Below, piece by piece: positions 44,837-53,892 of a stretch of DNA of 64,000 nucleotides (within the stretch, counting starts at the first letter, position 1; each line of letters starts with the position of its first letter). The position numbers and the translations under genes are program-made. Under the pieces are notes generated by a model. It saw only the letters and a list, made by a program, of their open reading frames with translations, was not told the DNA's origin and ran no database searches. This DNA comes from an uncultured Methanosarcinales archaeon (lineage in GTDB: Archaea > Nanobdellota > Nanobdellia > Woesearchaeales > GW2011-AR9), in NCBI GenBank assembly GCA_964344235.1, contig CAYFMJ010000001.1, forward strand, positions 283,020 to 347,019, in the 5' to 3' direction.

Positions 44837-46324
44837 ATGGTTAATTATGGTTCAAAGCTTCTAAAAGGGGCCGGTATTATTTTCTTTATGAGTTTACTGA
44901 GTGCTGGTTTGGGGTATGGAATACGAATTATTCTTGCTAAGAATTTAAGTACTGCAGATTTTGGCCTTTTTTTTGCTGTTTATAACATAGTGTTGATGCT
45001 TGGTTGGATGAAAGGGTTTAGTTTTACGTCTGTTGTTCAAAAGTTTATACCTGGGTTTAAAGCTAAAGGAGATTATACGAAAATAAAATCAATGTTTATA
45101 TTTGTCCTTATCTTTACTTCATTAACGAGCTTACTGCTTGTCATCTTAATTTACTTATTCCCGGAACACCTTATTAACAGCTACTTTAAGAGTAATGTAG
45201 CAAAGTCATTGCTTTGGATAATTACTCTTTTTTATATTATTGATGACTTCTCAAAGCTTGTTGCGGGATACTTCCTTTCTGTACATTTGCCGTTTCTTTA
45301 CTCCCTGCGGGATTTATTAGTCCGATTATCCCTTTTTCTGCTTTTGTTTGTTGTTACTATTAATACTTTTTCTGTGGCCTGGCTCTATGTTGTAGCAGCA
45401 GCACTCGCACTTGTTGTTAATCTGTTACTTTTTATACGATATTTTCCTTTTCAGTATAAAACTTCAATCACAAAAGATCTAGTGCGGAAATTATTTAGCT
45501 TTAGCACTCCTCTTATTATACGGGATTTTTTTGGCGTCTTTTTGAGTAGGGTGGACAACCTTTTTCTTGTCTATTTCAGGCCTTTGACAGAAGTTGCTAT
45601 CTATAACACTATTTTGCCAACGGCAGAGCTCTTATTGTTTATTTCTCGACCTTTTGCAAAGGTCTTGTTTCCCCTGTCCTCAGAATTGTGGTTTATGCAA
45701 GATAAAAGAAGGCTGAGGAGTCTTCTAGGTATAACCCACAAATATTTGCTGTTACTTTTAATTCCACTCGCACTCTTTGTTGGTTATCTATCAACTTTTA
45801 TTTTAAGTCAATTTTTTGGCTCAGTGTATGTAGAAGGATCTTTTGGATTAAGGATATTAATTGTTGGAATCCTATTTTCTAGCTTGAATCTTGTGGGTTA
45901 TGCTGTTCTAAAAGGCATCGGAAAGACCAAAGAAGTGGCAGTAATTCATATATTTATAAATAGTCTTAATGTTATTCTTAATATAATCTTAATACCCTTA
46001 TTTGGATCATTGAATCAAGGTTATTTTGGGGCTATAATTGCAACAACATGCAGTTTCTTTGTTGCCTTTTTACTTTTGACATACTTCTTACATAAATTTT
46101 TGCACTATAGACTTTCTCTAGCTATCCTTTTATTTATCGTTACAAGTGGTTTTGCTTCTTTGCTTATTATGCATGTCATTGTAACACCGATTTCATCTTT
46201 GTATGTGCAATTAGCTGTTTTTATTGTTGGTTTCTCCCTGCTGTATCTCGTATTTATCTTTGTGTTGAAAATCACTTCAAAGCAAGAGATTGTTACTTTA
46301 TTGAAGATGTTGAGGTCATCTTAG
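44837..46324 (+). CDS. Wzx-like flippase (MOP superfamily polysaccharide biosynthesis protein), second copy
   Basis: 495 aa with ~14 TM helices. The gene is AT-rich. Confidence 0.65.
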   Translation: MVNYGSKLLKGAGIIFFMSLLSAGLGYGIRIILAKNLSTADFGLFFAVYNIVLMLGWMKGFSFTSVVQKFIPGFKAKGDYTKIKSMFIFVLIFTSLTSLLLVILIYLFPEHLINSYFKSNVAKSLLWIITLFYIIDDFSKLVAGYFLSVHLPFLYSLRDLLVRLSLFLLLFVVTINTFSVAWLYVVAAALALVVNLLLFIRYFPFQYKTSITKDLVRKLFSFSTPLIIRDFFGVFLSRVDNLFLVYFRPLTEVAIYNTILPTAELLLFISRPFAKVLFPLSSELWFMQDKRRLRSLLGITHKYLLLLLIPLALFVGYLSTFILSQFFGSVYVEGSFGLRILIVGILFSSLNLVGYAVLKGIGKTKEVAVIHIFINSLNVILNIILIPLFGSLNQGYFGAIIATTCSFFVAFLLLTYFLHKFLHYRLSLAILLFIVTSGFASLLIMHVIVTPISSLYVQLAVFIVGFSLLYLVFIFVLKITSKQEIVTLLKMLRSS

Positions 46325-46364
46325 TTTCTTAATATTTATAAATAGCTGACATTTTTTTTGGAGG

Positions 46365-47780
46365 ATGAAAAAGAACACATTAAATGGTCGAAAGTTTGTT
46401 TTTTTCTCTGGGTCGTCGGGGCGTGACAAGATGATGATAAAAATAGCGAAACAGCTTGCTTCACGAAATGGTGTGAAAACTCACTTCCTGACGTTTACAC
46501 CTGGCCAAACAGTTGATTATTTTGTTTCAGAGGGAATTAAGAGCGATTGTGTTACATCTGTTCTTCACCTCCCTAATCCTGCTGTGAAGCCAGACATGGC
46601 TTTCTTGAAGTCTAAGGAGATAGAATATGGGGTTCAGTTCTTTGACATCTGGCAAATTGCTGCGGCTAGAAGCAAAAAACGCCATAACATAAAGTCCACT
46701 AAGGTGCTGGCCCAAATGGAATTCTTTGTTCGAGAGCTTGAACACTTTATTAAAAAGGTTAAGCCCGATTATCTTGTTGTTTCTGGGGTTTCATCGTATG
46801 TTACCCTCCTTGCATACAAAATTTTTATGAAGAAGGGACTTCCTGTATTAGAGATAACAAACCCACGTATTCCTAATCGGTTTGCAATTGATGATAAACT
46901 GAAATCCGAGTGGCCCTTGCTTGTGAAGAAATACGAAGAAATAAAAAACACCTCTTTGAAGCCGCGGCAGAGGAAAGAAGCGCTGGACTTCATGCAGTCT
47001 TTCTATGTGAAACCTTTAAAGTCAGATAACCAGACTACAGAGAACCAGGACTTCTCACAAAGATTTGCGAGATACTTTAGACACATAAAAACATTGTATT
47101 ATAGACGCCGCCTTCCAGCATTAAGGGTTTTTTGGACTCCTATTAAAGATTTTTTCTTAAAGAATTCTTCACGGTTTGAACTTCCAGTAGATGGAGAAAA
47201 ATTTGTCTTTCACCCTTTACAAATCCAACCAGAGGTTTCTACTCTCCTTAAGGGCAAGTGGTATGTTAATCAAGTAGCCTTGATTGAAAATATCGCCAAA
47301 AGCCTTCCTTGCGATTACAAGCTTTATGTTAAAGAACATGTTAAAAATTATTCCCAGCGCCCCCCAAACTTTCATCGTGATATTAAGCGATTCCCTAATG
47401 TTCGTTTGATTGCCCCTTCCGCTGACACTATTTGGTTAGCCAAAAAATGTTCGCTGGTTACGACGATTACTGGAACGATTGGTTGGGAAGCAATCTTGTT
47501 ACGCAAGCCGGTTTTAACGTTTGGACAGGTCTTTTATAACCAGTTTGAAGAAGTCGTGTCTGTTGTGGATATTAAACAGCTTCCCAACATTATAAAAAGC
47601 AAACTTGATACTGTTGTTGATCTTGAGAAAACACTGCAATTTGTTAGTGCAGTACAACAGTCAACGTTTCCGGGAATAAGAGCTCTTCCAACTGACTGTC
47701 GAGATCGCTCATTAAAAGATGAGAATATCTTAGCGCTCACTCAAGGGTTAGAACAATATATTTATGCAATGAACCTTTGA
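46365..47780 (+). CDS. capsule-polysaccharide-biosynthesis family protein (KpsS/KpsC-like, possible beta-Kdo/nonulosonate transferase)
   Basis: 471 aa, soluble. The C-terminal half (FVFHPLQIQPE ... TITGTIGWEAILLRKPVLTFGQ) resembles the Capsule_synth fold with its HP motif. Assigned by pattern memory only. Confidence 0.35.
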   Translation: MKKNTLNGRKFVFFSGSSGRDKMMIKIAKQLASRNGVKTHFLTFTPGQTVDYFVSEGIKSDCVTSVLHLPNPAVKPDMAFLKSKEIEYGVQFFDIWQIAAARSKKRHNIKSTKVLAQMEFFVRELEHFIKKVKPDYLVVSGVSSYVTLLAYKIFMKKGLPVLEITNPRIPNRFAIDDKLKSEWPLLVKKYEEIKNTSLKPRQRKEALDFMQSFYVKPLKSDNQTTENQDFSQRFARYFRHIKTLYYRRRLPALRVFWTPIKDFFLKNSSRFELPVDGEKFVFHPLQIQPEVSTLLKGKWYVNQVALIENIAKSLPCDYKLYVKEHVKNYSQRPPNFHRDIKRFPNVRLIAPSADTIWLAKKCSLVTTITGTIGWEAILLRKPVLTFGQVFYNQFEEVVSVVDIKQLPNIIKSKLDTVVDLEKTLQFVSAVQQSTFPGIRALPTDCRDRSLKDENILALTQGLEQYIYAMNL

Positions 47781-47818
47781 TAGTGATTTGTATCGCTCTG
47801 TAGTTCTGTTGGTGATTT

Positions 47819-49525
47819 CTAGTCTTTGCCAAGTGTTTGGCGTAAATAACTTTTTGTTTCAATCAACAGCTTCTTTGGGTCTTTTAAGTAATGGGTCTTT
47901 TTAGCGTAGATTAAAGAGAGACCTTTGAGAAACCAGCCAGGAGGTTTTTTTATGAACGTTAGATTATAGTCTAAATAGGTAGTTGTTGTTGATGTAAGCT
48001 TACTTGCGATCTTCATGAGATCTCTCCTCCCTGCACCAAAAGGGTTATCTAAGGGAATCATTGTGAGATCATACGGTTTATTGCAAAGTTGAGAACAGTT
48101 TTTCATGAAATCATCAAAATGGATGGTGGTGAAGTGGATGTCCACTTGGTCCGTAGATCGGCCAACATCTTGATGTTCAAACGCCCATTTTTTGGAGAAG
48201 GAACTCTCTCGAACGTTAACGTTATAGTGCGTTATCTTTCCTTTTGGCTCAAACCCCCCGTATGTGGTTTTATAGTTGTTCATTATCTTCTTATTAATCA
48301 CCACATCTAACTCATAGTGTGAAAAAGTAGCATCGAGTGCTTTGATTACCATGGAAATAAAAGTGCTATTCGCAGAGCCTAATAACAATATTCGCTTAAT
48401 ATTTTGAATTTTCTTTATTGAGAAATGCTTCGCAATTTCTCGCTGAAACTTATTTGTTAGGTATGTTGTGTGGTATGTAACGAGGTCCTTTTCCTGCTGC
48501 TGCAATTCTTTTCGGAAAAAATCCAGTTCTACGGCATGCTCTGGCGAGGCAATGAGGTTGGTTTGCTCGTCGGGATCACGAGAAAGATCATAGAATTCTT
48601 CACTCTGCTCGTCAAATCGAAAAATATATTTATACTTCTCTGTCTGCAAGGCTGTAGCCCGTTCTTTCTGGAAAATATATCGTATGTCGCTGCGGAATAG
48701 TTTTTTTGTATAAGGAGCATCATGTTCAATAAGTGGCAGTAAACTCATCCCTCGAAATCCAAATTCACTGTGAGGAATATTTACAATATCTAGAATAGTT
48801 GGTGTTATGTCAAGGGGACTCACTAGGGTTTTTATTCTCTTTCTCGGACAAGAAGGATATTTCAAAAAAAGGTGTTGTAAAATATTTGAATTGGTAAGAA
48901 TAAGGTCATGGCGCTTCATGATTTTTTTTCGCTCATTGTCATTCCAACCATGGTCTGGGCAGAATAAAAAAAGACAATCATCATACAACCCTTCTTTCTT
49001 TAACCTCTCAATCAGAAGTCGTACGTATTTTGCAGTATTCTCTTGGTTGTTGTAGTTTAGAAGGAGAAAGAACGGTTCTTGTAGCTTTCTTTCTAACAGG
49101 TGATCCAACAGTTTGTTGATGTCCTGGCTTTTCCAATTATCATCATTTCTGATTCCATCGGGCAGCTCCTTTTGGTCTAGTGAAAGAACCGCTTGTTTTA
49201 ATCTCTTCCGAACTTCAGCGGAGTGTGTTGTTGCATATACTGTGTAACCATTTTTTTTAAGAATTCTACTAATGGAAGGAAAGTAATCATGGTCAAAGCT
49301 AAAATCCGCGTTAGTTCTACTGAGATGGATACCAGGCTGGCTAGTCATTAACGAGCTTTGTGACATCAAAGTGCTTGCAGTTGTGTCTACGACGTTTTCA
49401 AAGTACACTCCCTCTGAAGAGATTTCATCAATAATTTTATATTTCCCAAAACGATCCTTTCCAGGATAGTTGCGTATTGCTTCTCCAAGAATCCAGATTA
49501 CATTTAGCTTTTTTTTAGAAGACAT
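47819..49525 (-). CDS. sulfatase-fold (alkaline phosphatase superfamily) phospho-group transferase-like protein (EptA/LtaS catalytic-domain-like, no TM anchor) with extra C-terminal domain
   Basis: 568 aa. Present: NVIWILGEAIRN (cf. EptA VIVGESAR), the Thr/Ser nucleophile region DTTASTLMSQSSLMTS, and the metal site FLFCPDHGW. The last ~220 aa are unassigned. Confidence 0.55.
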   Translation of the reverse strand: MSSKKKLNVIWILGEAIRNYPGKDRFGKYKIIDEISSEGVYFENVVDTTASTLMSQSSLMTSQPGIHLSRTNADFSFDHDYFPSISRILKKNGYTVYATTHSAEVRKRLKQAVLSLDQKELPDGIRNDDNWKSQDINKLLDHLLERKLQEPFFLLLNYNNQENTAKYVRLLIERLKKEGLYDDCLFLFCPDHGWNDNERKKIMKRHDLILTNSNILQHLFLKYPSCPRKRIKTLVSPLDITPTILDIVNIPHSEFGFRGMSLLPLIEHDAPYTKKLFRSDIRYIFQKERATALQTEKYKYIFRFDEQSEEFYDLSRDPDEQTNLIASPEHAVELDFFRKELQQQEKDLVTYHTTYLTNKFQREIAKHFSIKKIQNIKRILLLGSANSTFISMVIKALDATFSHYELDVVINKKIMNNYKTTYGGFEPKGKITHYNVNVRESSFSKKWAFEHQDVGRSTDQVDIHFTTIHFDDFMKNCSQLCNKPYDLTMIPLDNPFGAGRRDLMKIASKLTSTTTTYLDYNLTFIKKPPGWFLKGLSLIYAKKTHYLKDPKKLLIETKSYLRQTLGKD

Positions 49526-49593
49526 GTTTACCTTATCTTTTCATTTTTCTGTTTTGCTTGCGTTTATAAGTTTTATTAAGTTACATACCAGTG

Positions 49594-51075
49594 TTACTGT
49601 TGCTTTTTCAGCGACTCACTTGTACTATACTCTTTTCCTCCATCTTCTTTCACACCATACTTTTTCAGAAGGTAATTATAGAGGAAATAAATAGTGGCGT
49701 CTTGGTCCTCGATCGGAAAGCTTGAAATGACCATTCCCTGTAATCGATGATTACCACATCGTTCTGCATGCCTCTGTGTTGGGGTGAAGATTTCCTTTGT
49801 TTTTAGTAGTGAAGAAGGCCAAAAGCGAAAATCGGTGTCATAGAATAGTAAGTCCGGTGCTTGGTCTAAGTGTTTACCTCTGTATACTTCCTCTTTTTTC
49901 TTTACTTCATGTTTGAAGCACCATCCCTGTTCGCGCTGTAACACTTCATATACTTTGTTCCTTACTCTCTCAAAATCTTCCTTAGCAACACTTCCTGCTT
50001 TGAAATCACTTGTATTGATATAAACGCCATTTTCCATTGCAAAAGCAACAGTATTCTCCCAGTCAATGAGTTTTTTGTTAACAGCATCGTTCCATTGCAA
50101 CGCACCCACTTCGGAGGGAATCAGTCTTGATACATTAGTGCCTTTCAGCAACGCATATGCTAACTTTTTGATTTTGAATTTCATGAGTAAGGTATCAATT
50201 TTGTTGGAATCTAACTTTAGTGTGCTTAAGACAGAAGAGATAAACGTGCTATTTTTTTTCAACTTGAGAAAGTCATTTCTCACTAACCATTCGTTAAGGT
50301 GGAATTTCCCATGCAACGCACCACCGCCGTGGTCGCTTAAGATGATGATTTCGCCATCATGGCCTGTGACGAGTTTTCCAACTTCATGATCGACGAGTTC
50401 ATAATAGTCATAAAATGCTTTTTCATATTCTTCATTCTCTTCATAGATTGGGCTATCGTGGTAGACATACCTGGCCATAAGGTGTTGTACGGCGTCAGTG
50501 CCGTTTTCAACAACAACAACAACGTCTGGTTTTAGTTCTTTGAGTAACTTTTTCACAACTTTAAAACGAACTTCTGTTGCGCTTCTGATTTGCTGTATTA
50601 ACTCATTCATGCTATTCCAGTTGTAGGTAAGTTGGTACTTAGGTAATTCCTCTTTAATCATCTCACGAATCTCTTTTGGGTAGATGAAGGAATCACTGTC
50701 CATGGAAGGTGTGTATACACCCGTTAGAATAAAGCCGTTAAAAGGGCGCGCAGGATATGTTCCTGGAACGTTTATAATTCCGCAACGGGCATCTACTTTC
50801 TCCCAAAAAGGAACAAAATTGTAATGTTTAACAGGGACTTTCGCGTAATCTTTTACTGTATGACAACCAAATAAACCAATCTCTCCTGGATTACTGCCGC
50901 TGACAATGCAAGACCACGCAGGAACAGAATTCGGTGGAATGACGCTTTTTACTTCTTTCAAAGAACCTGCTTTTATTATTTTTTCAATGTTAGGAATTTT
51001 CTTTTTTTTAATAAGTGCTTCAATTAAATTTTTACTTACTCCATCTAATCCAATGACAATTGTCTGTTTATTCAT
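49594..51075 (-). CDS. type I phosphodiesterase/nucleotide pyrophosphatase-family (NPP-like alkaline phosphatase superfamily) enzyme
   Basis: 493 aa. IVIGLDGVS is the N-terminal metal-site Asp. PPNSVPAWSCIVSGSNPGEIG is the NPP nucleophile region. The second metal site is ILSDHGG. Confidence 0.55.
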   Translation of the reverse strand: MNKQTIVIGLDGVSKNLIEALIKKKKIPNIEKIIKAGSLKEVKSVIPPNSVPAWSCIVSGSNPGEIGLFGCHTVKDYAKVPVKHYNFVPFWEKVDARCGIINVPGTYPARPFNGFILTGVYTPSMDSDSFIYPKEIREMIKEELPKYQLTYNWNSMNELIQQIRSATEVRFKVVKKLLKELKPDVVVVVENGTDAVQHLMARYVYHDSPIYEENEEYEKAFYDYYELVDHEVGKLVTGHDGEIIILSDHGGGALHGKFHLNEWLVRNDFLKLKKNSTFISSVLSTLKLDSNKIDTLLMKFKIKKLAYALLKGTNVSRLIPSEVGALQWNDAVNKKLIDWENTVAFAMENGVYINTSDFKAGSVAKEDFERVRNKVYEVLQREQGWCFKHEVKKKEEVYRGKHLDQAPDLLFYDTDFRFWPSSLLKTKEIFTPTQRHAERCGNHRLQGMVISSFPIEDQDATIYFLYNYLLKKYGVKEDGGKEYSTSESLKKQQ

Positions 51076-51188
51076 CTCTGCCGGGCTTTGAATTTTGTTT
51101 ATAAAGATTATGAATAAAGAATGAAAAAAAGAAAGATTTATATACGAAATGTCTCAGAAATAATAAATTAGTAAAACGAGAGGTATCA

Positions 51189-52898
51189 ATGGTTGAAAGT
51201 CAAAATGAGGAAATGTTAGGGACAGTGAAAACTTCTGGTTCGACGCCGAGCGGTGATAGTAGCCCTACAGTTCCTACAGTAAATGTTGCAGTGAACGCCC
51301 CTACAATTGATGGTGGCGTTCAAACACCCATTGCTCCTGCGGCGTCAAACGGAACTTCATTTGCAAATAATAGTGCTTCTGCAACAACTGAGAATGAAAA
51401 ATTTAGAGTGCTCTTAATCCACGCAAATTCTTCTATGGATACCTTAATTCCACCCAACTTGGCAACTCTATCTGCTTATTTGAAACAAGCGGGGAATGAA
51501 GTGAAACTATTTGATACAACGTTTTACAATACCCGTGGATTTACCGGTGATGATTCTCGAGTTAGAACCCTGCAGGTCAAAGAAACTAAGTTTGCTGATT
51601 TAGGAATTCACTTTGAGACGACGGATATGGTGGAAGATTTCATAAAAATAGTTGAGGAATACCAACCTAATCTTGTTGGATTATCTGCCGTTGAGTTGAC
51701 ATTCCAAATGGGGATGAATTTGATCAACGCTATGAAAGAGATCAGACCAGATATCCCGGTTATTGTAGGAGGCTCACATGCTATTACATCGCCTGAGGCA
51801 GTTGCTGCGGAGAAAAATGTTGATCTTATTTCAATCGGAGAAGCTGAAAAATCCTTTGTAGAGTTATGCACTAAATTACAGAACGGCGAAGATTATACTC
51901 AAATTCTGAACATGTGGGTTAAAAAGGATGGCCAAATTTACAAAAATAAGTTGGGAAATCTGATTGCAATGGATGATCTTCCTCGCCAAGATTGGGAAAT
52001 TTTTGATAAACGAAGAATCTACAAACCAATGTCGGGGACTATTGGCAGAACTGGTTGTTTTGAGCTTACGCGCGGCTGTGTTTTCTCTTGCACTTTTTGT
52101 ATCAATGAATTCTTAAATAAGACGCACAAACATCGAAGTTATCGAGAGAAAAGTATCCCTAAATTTATCGAGGAAGTGCAATATTTCAAAGAGAAATATG
52201 GGATTGAATATGTTTATATTCTCGCAGAGATGTTTCTTCCAACTTCTAAAGAGAGAGTACGAGAGTTTTCCCGCCTGTGGAAAGAGAAGGTTGGTCTTCC
52301 ATTTTGGTGTCAGGTAAGGGTTGAGGGCGTTGATGAGGAAAATGCTAGACTGCTTGAAGAAGCGGGTTGTGTATCAATCTCGGCTGGTATTGAGAGCGGT
52401 AATGAAGAATTTAGAAGAAATGTTATTCATAGAATGATGAGTAATGAAAAAATAATTGAAGCGTTTAGAATTCTCAAGAGCACAAAAATGCAAATTTCGG
52501 GCAATAGCATCATTGGGTTCCCTGGAGAAACTCGCGAACAAATATTTGATACTATTGAGCTTAATAGAAAATTAGATTTGGATAATATTATGATTCATGT
52601 CTTTAATCCTTATCGAGGTACAACTTTGTATGATGTTAGCGTTGAAAGAGGGTACATTACTCCCAACCACATGGCGGGTGATTACAGGGCAGATTTTACA
52701 TTAAACATGCCACACATTACAAAGGAAGAAATCCTTGGACTACAAAGAACTTTTAACATGTACGTCAAATTTCCAAGAGAAATGTGGCCCGAAATAAAAA
52801 TTGCGGAAAGGATGGATGAAGAAGGGAACAAGAAATTTGCAGAACTGAGTAAAAAGTTTAAAGAAGAATTCTTTGCAAAACCATTAATGATGCATTAA
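51189..52898 (+). CDS. B12-binding radical SAM enzyme, class B (Fom3/PhpK/GenK-like methyltransferase candidate)
   Basis: 569 aa. The N-terminal ~60 aa are low-complexity Ser/Thr/Pro-rich. The B12-binding domain is FRVLLIHAN...LSAYLKQAGNEVKLFD. The radical SAM motif is TRGCVFSCTFCINEF. Paralogous to 7367..9079. Confidence 0.8.
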   Translation: MVESQNEEMLGTVKTSGSTPSGDSSPTVPTVNVAVNAPTIDGGVQTPIAPAASNGTSFANNSASATTENEKFRVLLIHANSSMDTLIPPNLATLSAYLKQAGNEVKLFDTTFYNTRGFTGDDSRVRTLQVKETKFADLGIHFETTDMVEDFIKIVEEYQPNLVGLSAVELTFQMGMNLINAMKEIRPDIPVIVGGSHAITSPEAVAAEKNVDLISIGEAEKSFVELCTKLQNGEDYTQILNMWVKKDGQIYKNKLGNLIAMDDLPRQDWEIFDKRRIYKPMSGTIGRTGCFELTRGCVFSCTFCINEFLNKTHKHRSYREKSIPKFIEEVQYFKEKYGIEYVYILAEMFLPTSKERVREFSRLWKEKVGLPFWCQVRVEGVDEENARLLEEAGCVSISAGIESGNEEFRRNVIHRMMSNEKIIEAFRILKSTKMQISGNSIIGFPGETREQIFDTIELNRKLDLDNIMIHVFNPYRGTTLYDVSVERGYITPNHMAGDYRADFTLNMPHITKEEILGLQRTFNMYVKFPREMWPEIKIAERMDEEGNKKFAELSKKFKEEFFAKPLMMH

Positions 52899-53548
52899 TA
52901 GGCTGGGCTGAAATCAAGTTCGTCATCCTGGATATAGGCAATCTTTTTTTGCAGTGCAATATATGCTTTCTGCAGCTCCCGACCTAGATAGGCGGCGTGG
53001 TCATATCGAGAAAGAAGGTTTTCTTTAATGGCAGTTTGGTAAATCTCAAGTGGTTTCGTGCCAATGATTTTCACACTGACTTTGTTGACTGTAGGACAAA
53101 ACCCCACATGAATCTCCTTCTTCTGATGATCTACTTTGATTAAAAAATAGCCTTTTTGATCCATCATAAATTCTTTGCGATCATCATATTGAGCGTGGAT
53201 TACTCTTAATGCGGTGGTATCAACCTCTGTTTTCACAACTTTTGTATTATCCTCTTTGTTGATTACCTGGATGGCATTTACGGGACAAGCCTCAGCAGCG
53301 GCAATAAGCTTTTGGGCCTCTTGGGGTGTACAGACAAGACTTCTAACACTATTCTGGTTTTCCTGATGACCTTTGACAAGTTCTGCCGTGTTTTCTTTTA
53401 TGAAAAAATTATTTGGGTCAATCCGTTGACAAACCCCGTTAGCAACACATTTTTTCTGATCTAATAGTACTTGAAAGGATTTAGCTTTTTCTTCTGAGGT
53501 TTGATGTTTATTCTGTTCTGTTGATTGTTGTTCTGTCATGTAAAACAC
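52895..53548 (-). CDS. ferredoxin-domain protein (N-terminal single-cluster Fd paralogous to 9174..9470) fused to an uncharacterised C-terminal domain
   Basis: 217 aa. KKCVANGVCQRIDPNNFF ... LVCTPQE ... AEACPVNAIQV has the same Cys spacing as the 9174 ferredoxin. The C-terminal ~110 aa are unassigned. Its stop overlaps the rSAM stop in a convergent arrangement. Confidence 0.55.
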   Translation of the reverse strand: MFYMTEQQSTEQNKHQTSEEKAKSFQVLLDQKKCVANGVCQRIDPNNFFIKENTAELVKGHQENQNSVRSLVCTPQEAQKLIAAAEACPVNAIQVINKEDNTKVVKTEVDTTALRVIHAQYDDRKEFMMDQKGYFLIKVDHQKKEIHVGFCPTVNKVSVKIIGTKPLEIYQTAIKENLLSRYDHAAYLGRELQKAYIALQKKIAYIQDDELDFSPAY

Positions 53549-53666
53549 GGAAGCTACTTTCTTTATAAATATTCTGAATATCTTGGTTGGAGGCGTGTTC
53601 CGACAGTGGCCTTAATATCTTCCTTCACTAATCGAAGCCCTACAATAGATCATGAGAACTTAGTTA

Positions 53667-53702
53667 CGCCGGGTCATGTAGTACTCTGTACTACAGTGGC
53701 AC
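53667..53702. repeat. perfect palindrome TGTAGTAC-TCT-GTACTACA followed by tandem 11-mer ACTACARTGGC x2, within a 344-bp non-coding gap
   Basis: Read directly. Positions 53667-53685 form an 8-bp stem with a 3-nt loop. Positions 53680-53701 are ACTACAGTGGC ACTACAATGGC. A related CGACAGTGGCC lies at 53613-53623. Confidence 0.6.
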
Positions 53703-53892
53703 TACAATGGCACATAACAGAAATGGGATATTTTTGGAATGTTCCGATAACCATTGATTTTTGTTAGAGATGATTATTTAGCACTCAGCCAGGTGTTCCA
53801 CAATATTTATAAGACCAATTATTTTTTTGAGCGTAAAATGAGCTTGGTGCTCTTTTGGTTGGAGAAAGCTATGTGTTGGTGGTTAATGTATT

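Noticed and set aside
53525-53767. 80-aa + ORF in the long intergenic gap
   Set aside because: It has no TATA box at leaderless distance and an odd composition (His/Trp/Cys), and it overlaps the palindrome/repeat structure. It is more likely non-coding regulatory DNA.
53549-53892. Possible tRNA or other structured RNA gene in the 344-bp gap
   Set aside because: I could not find a T-loop (GTTCRANYC) / acceptor-stem arrangement or any other recognisable RNA-family signature by eye. I kept it only as an unexplained region in the findings.
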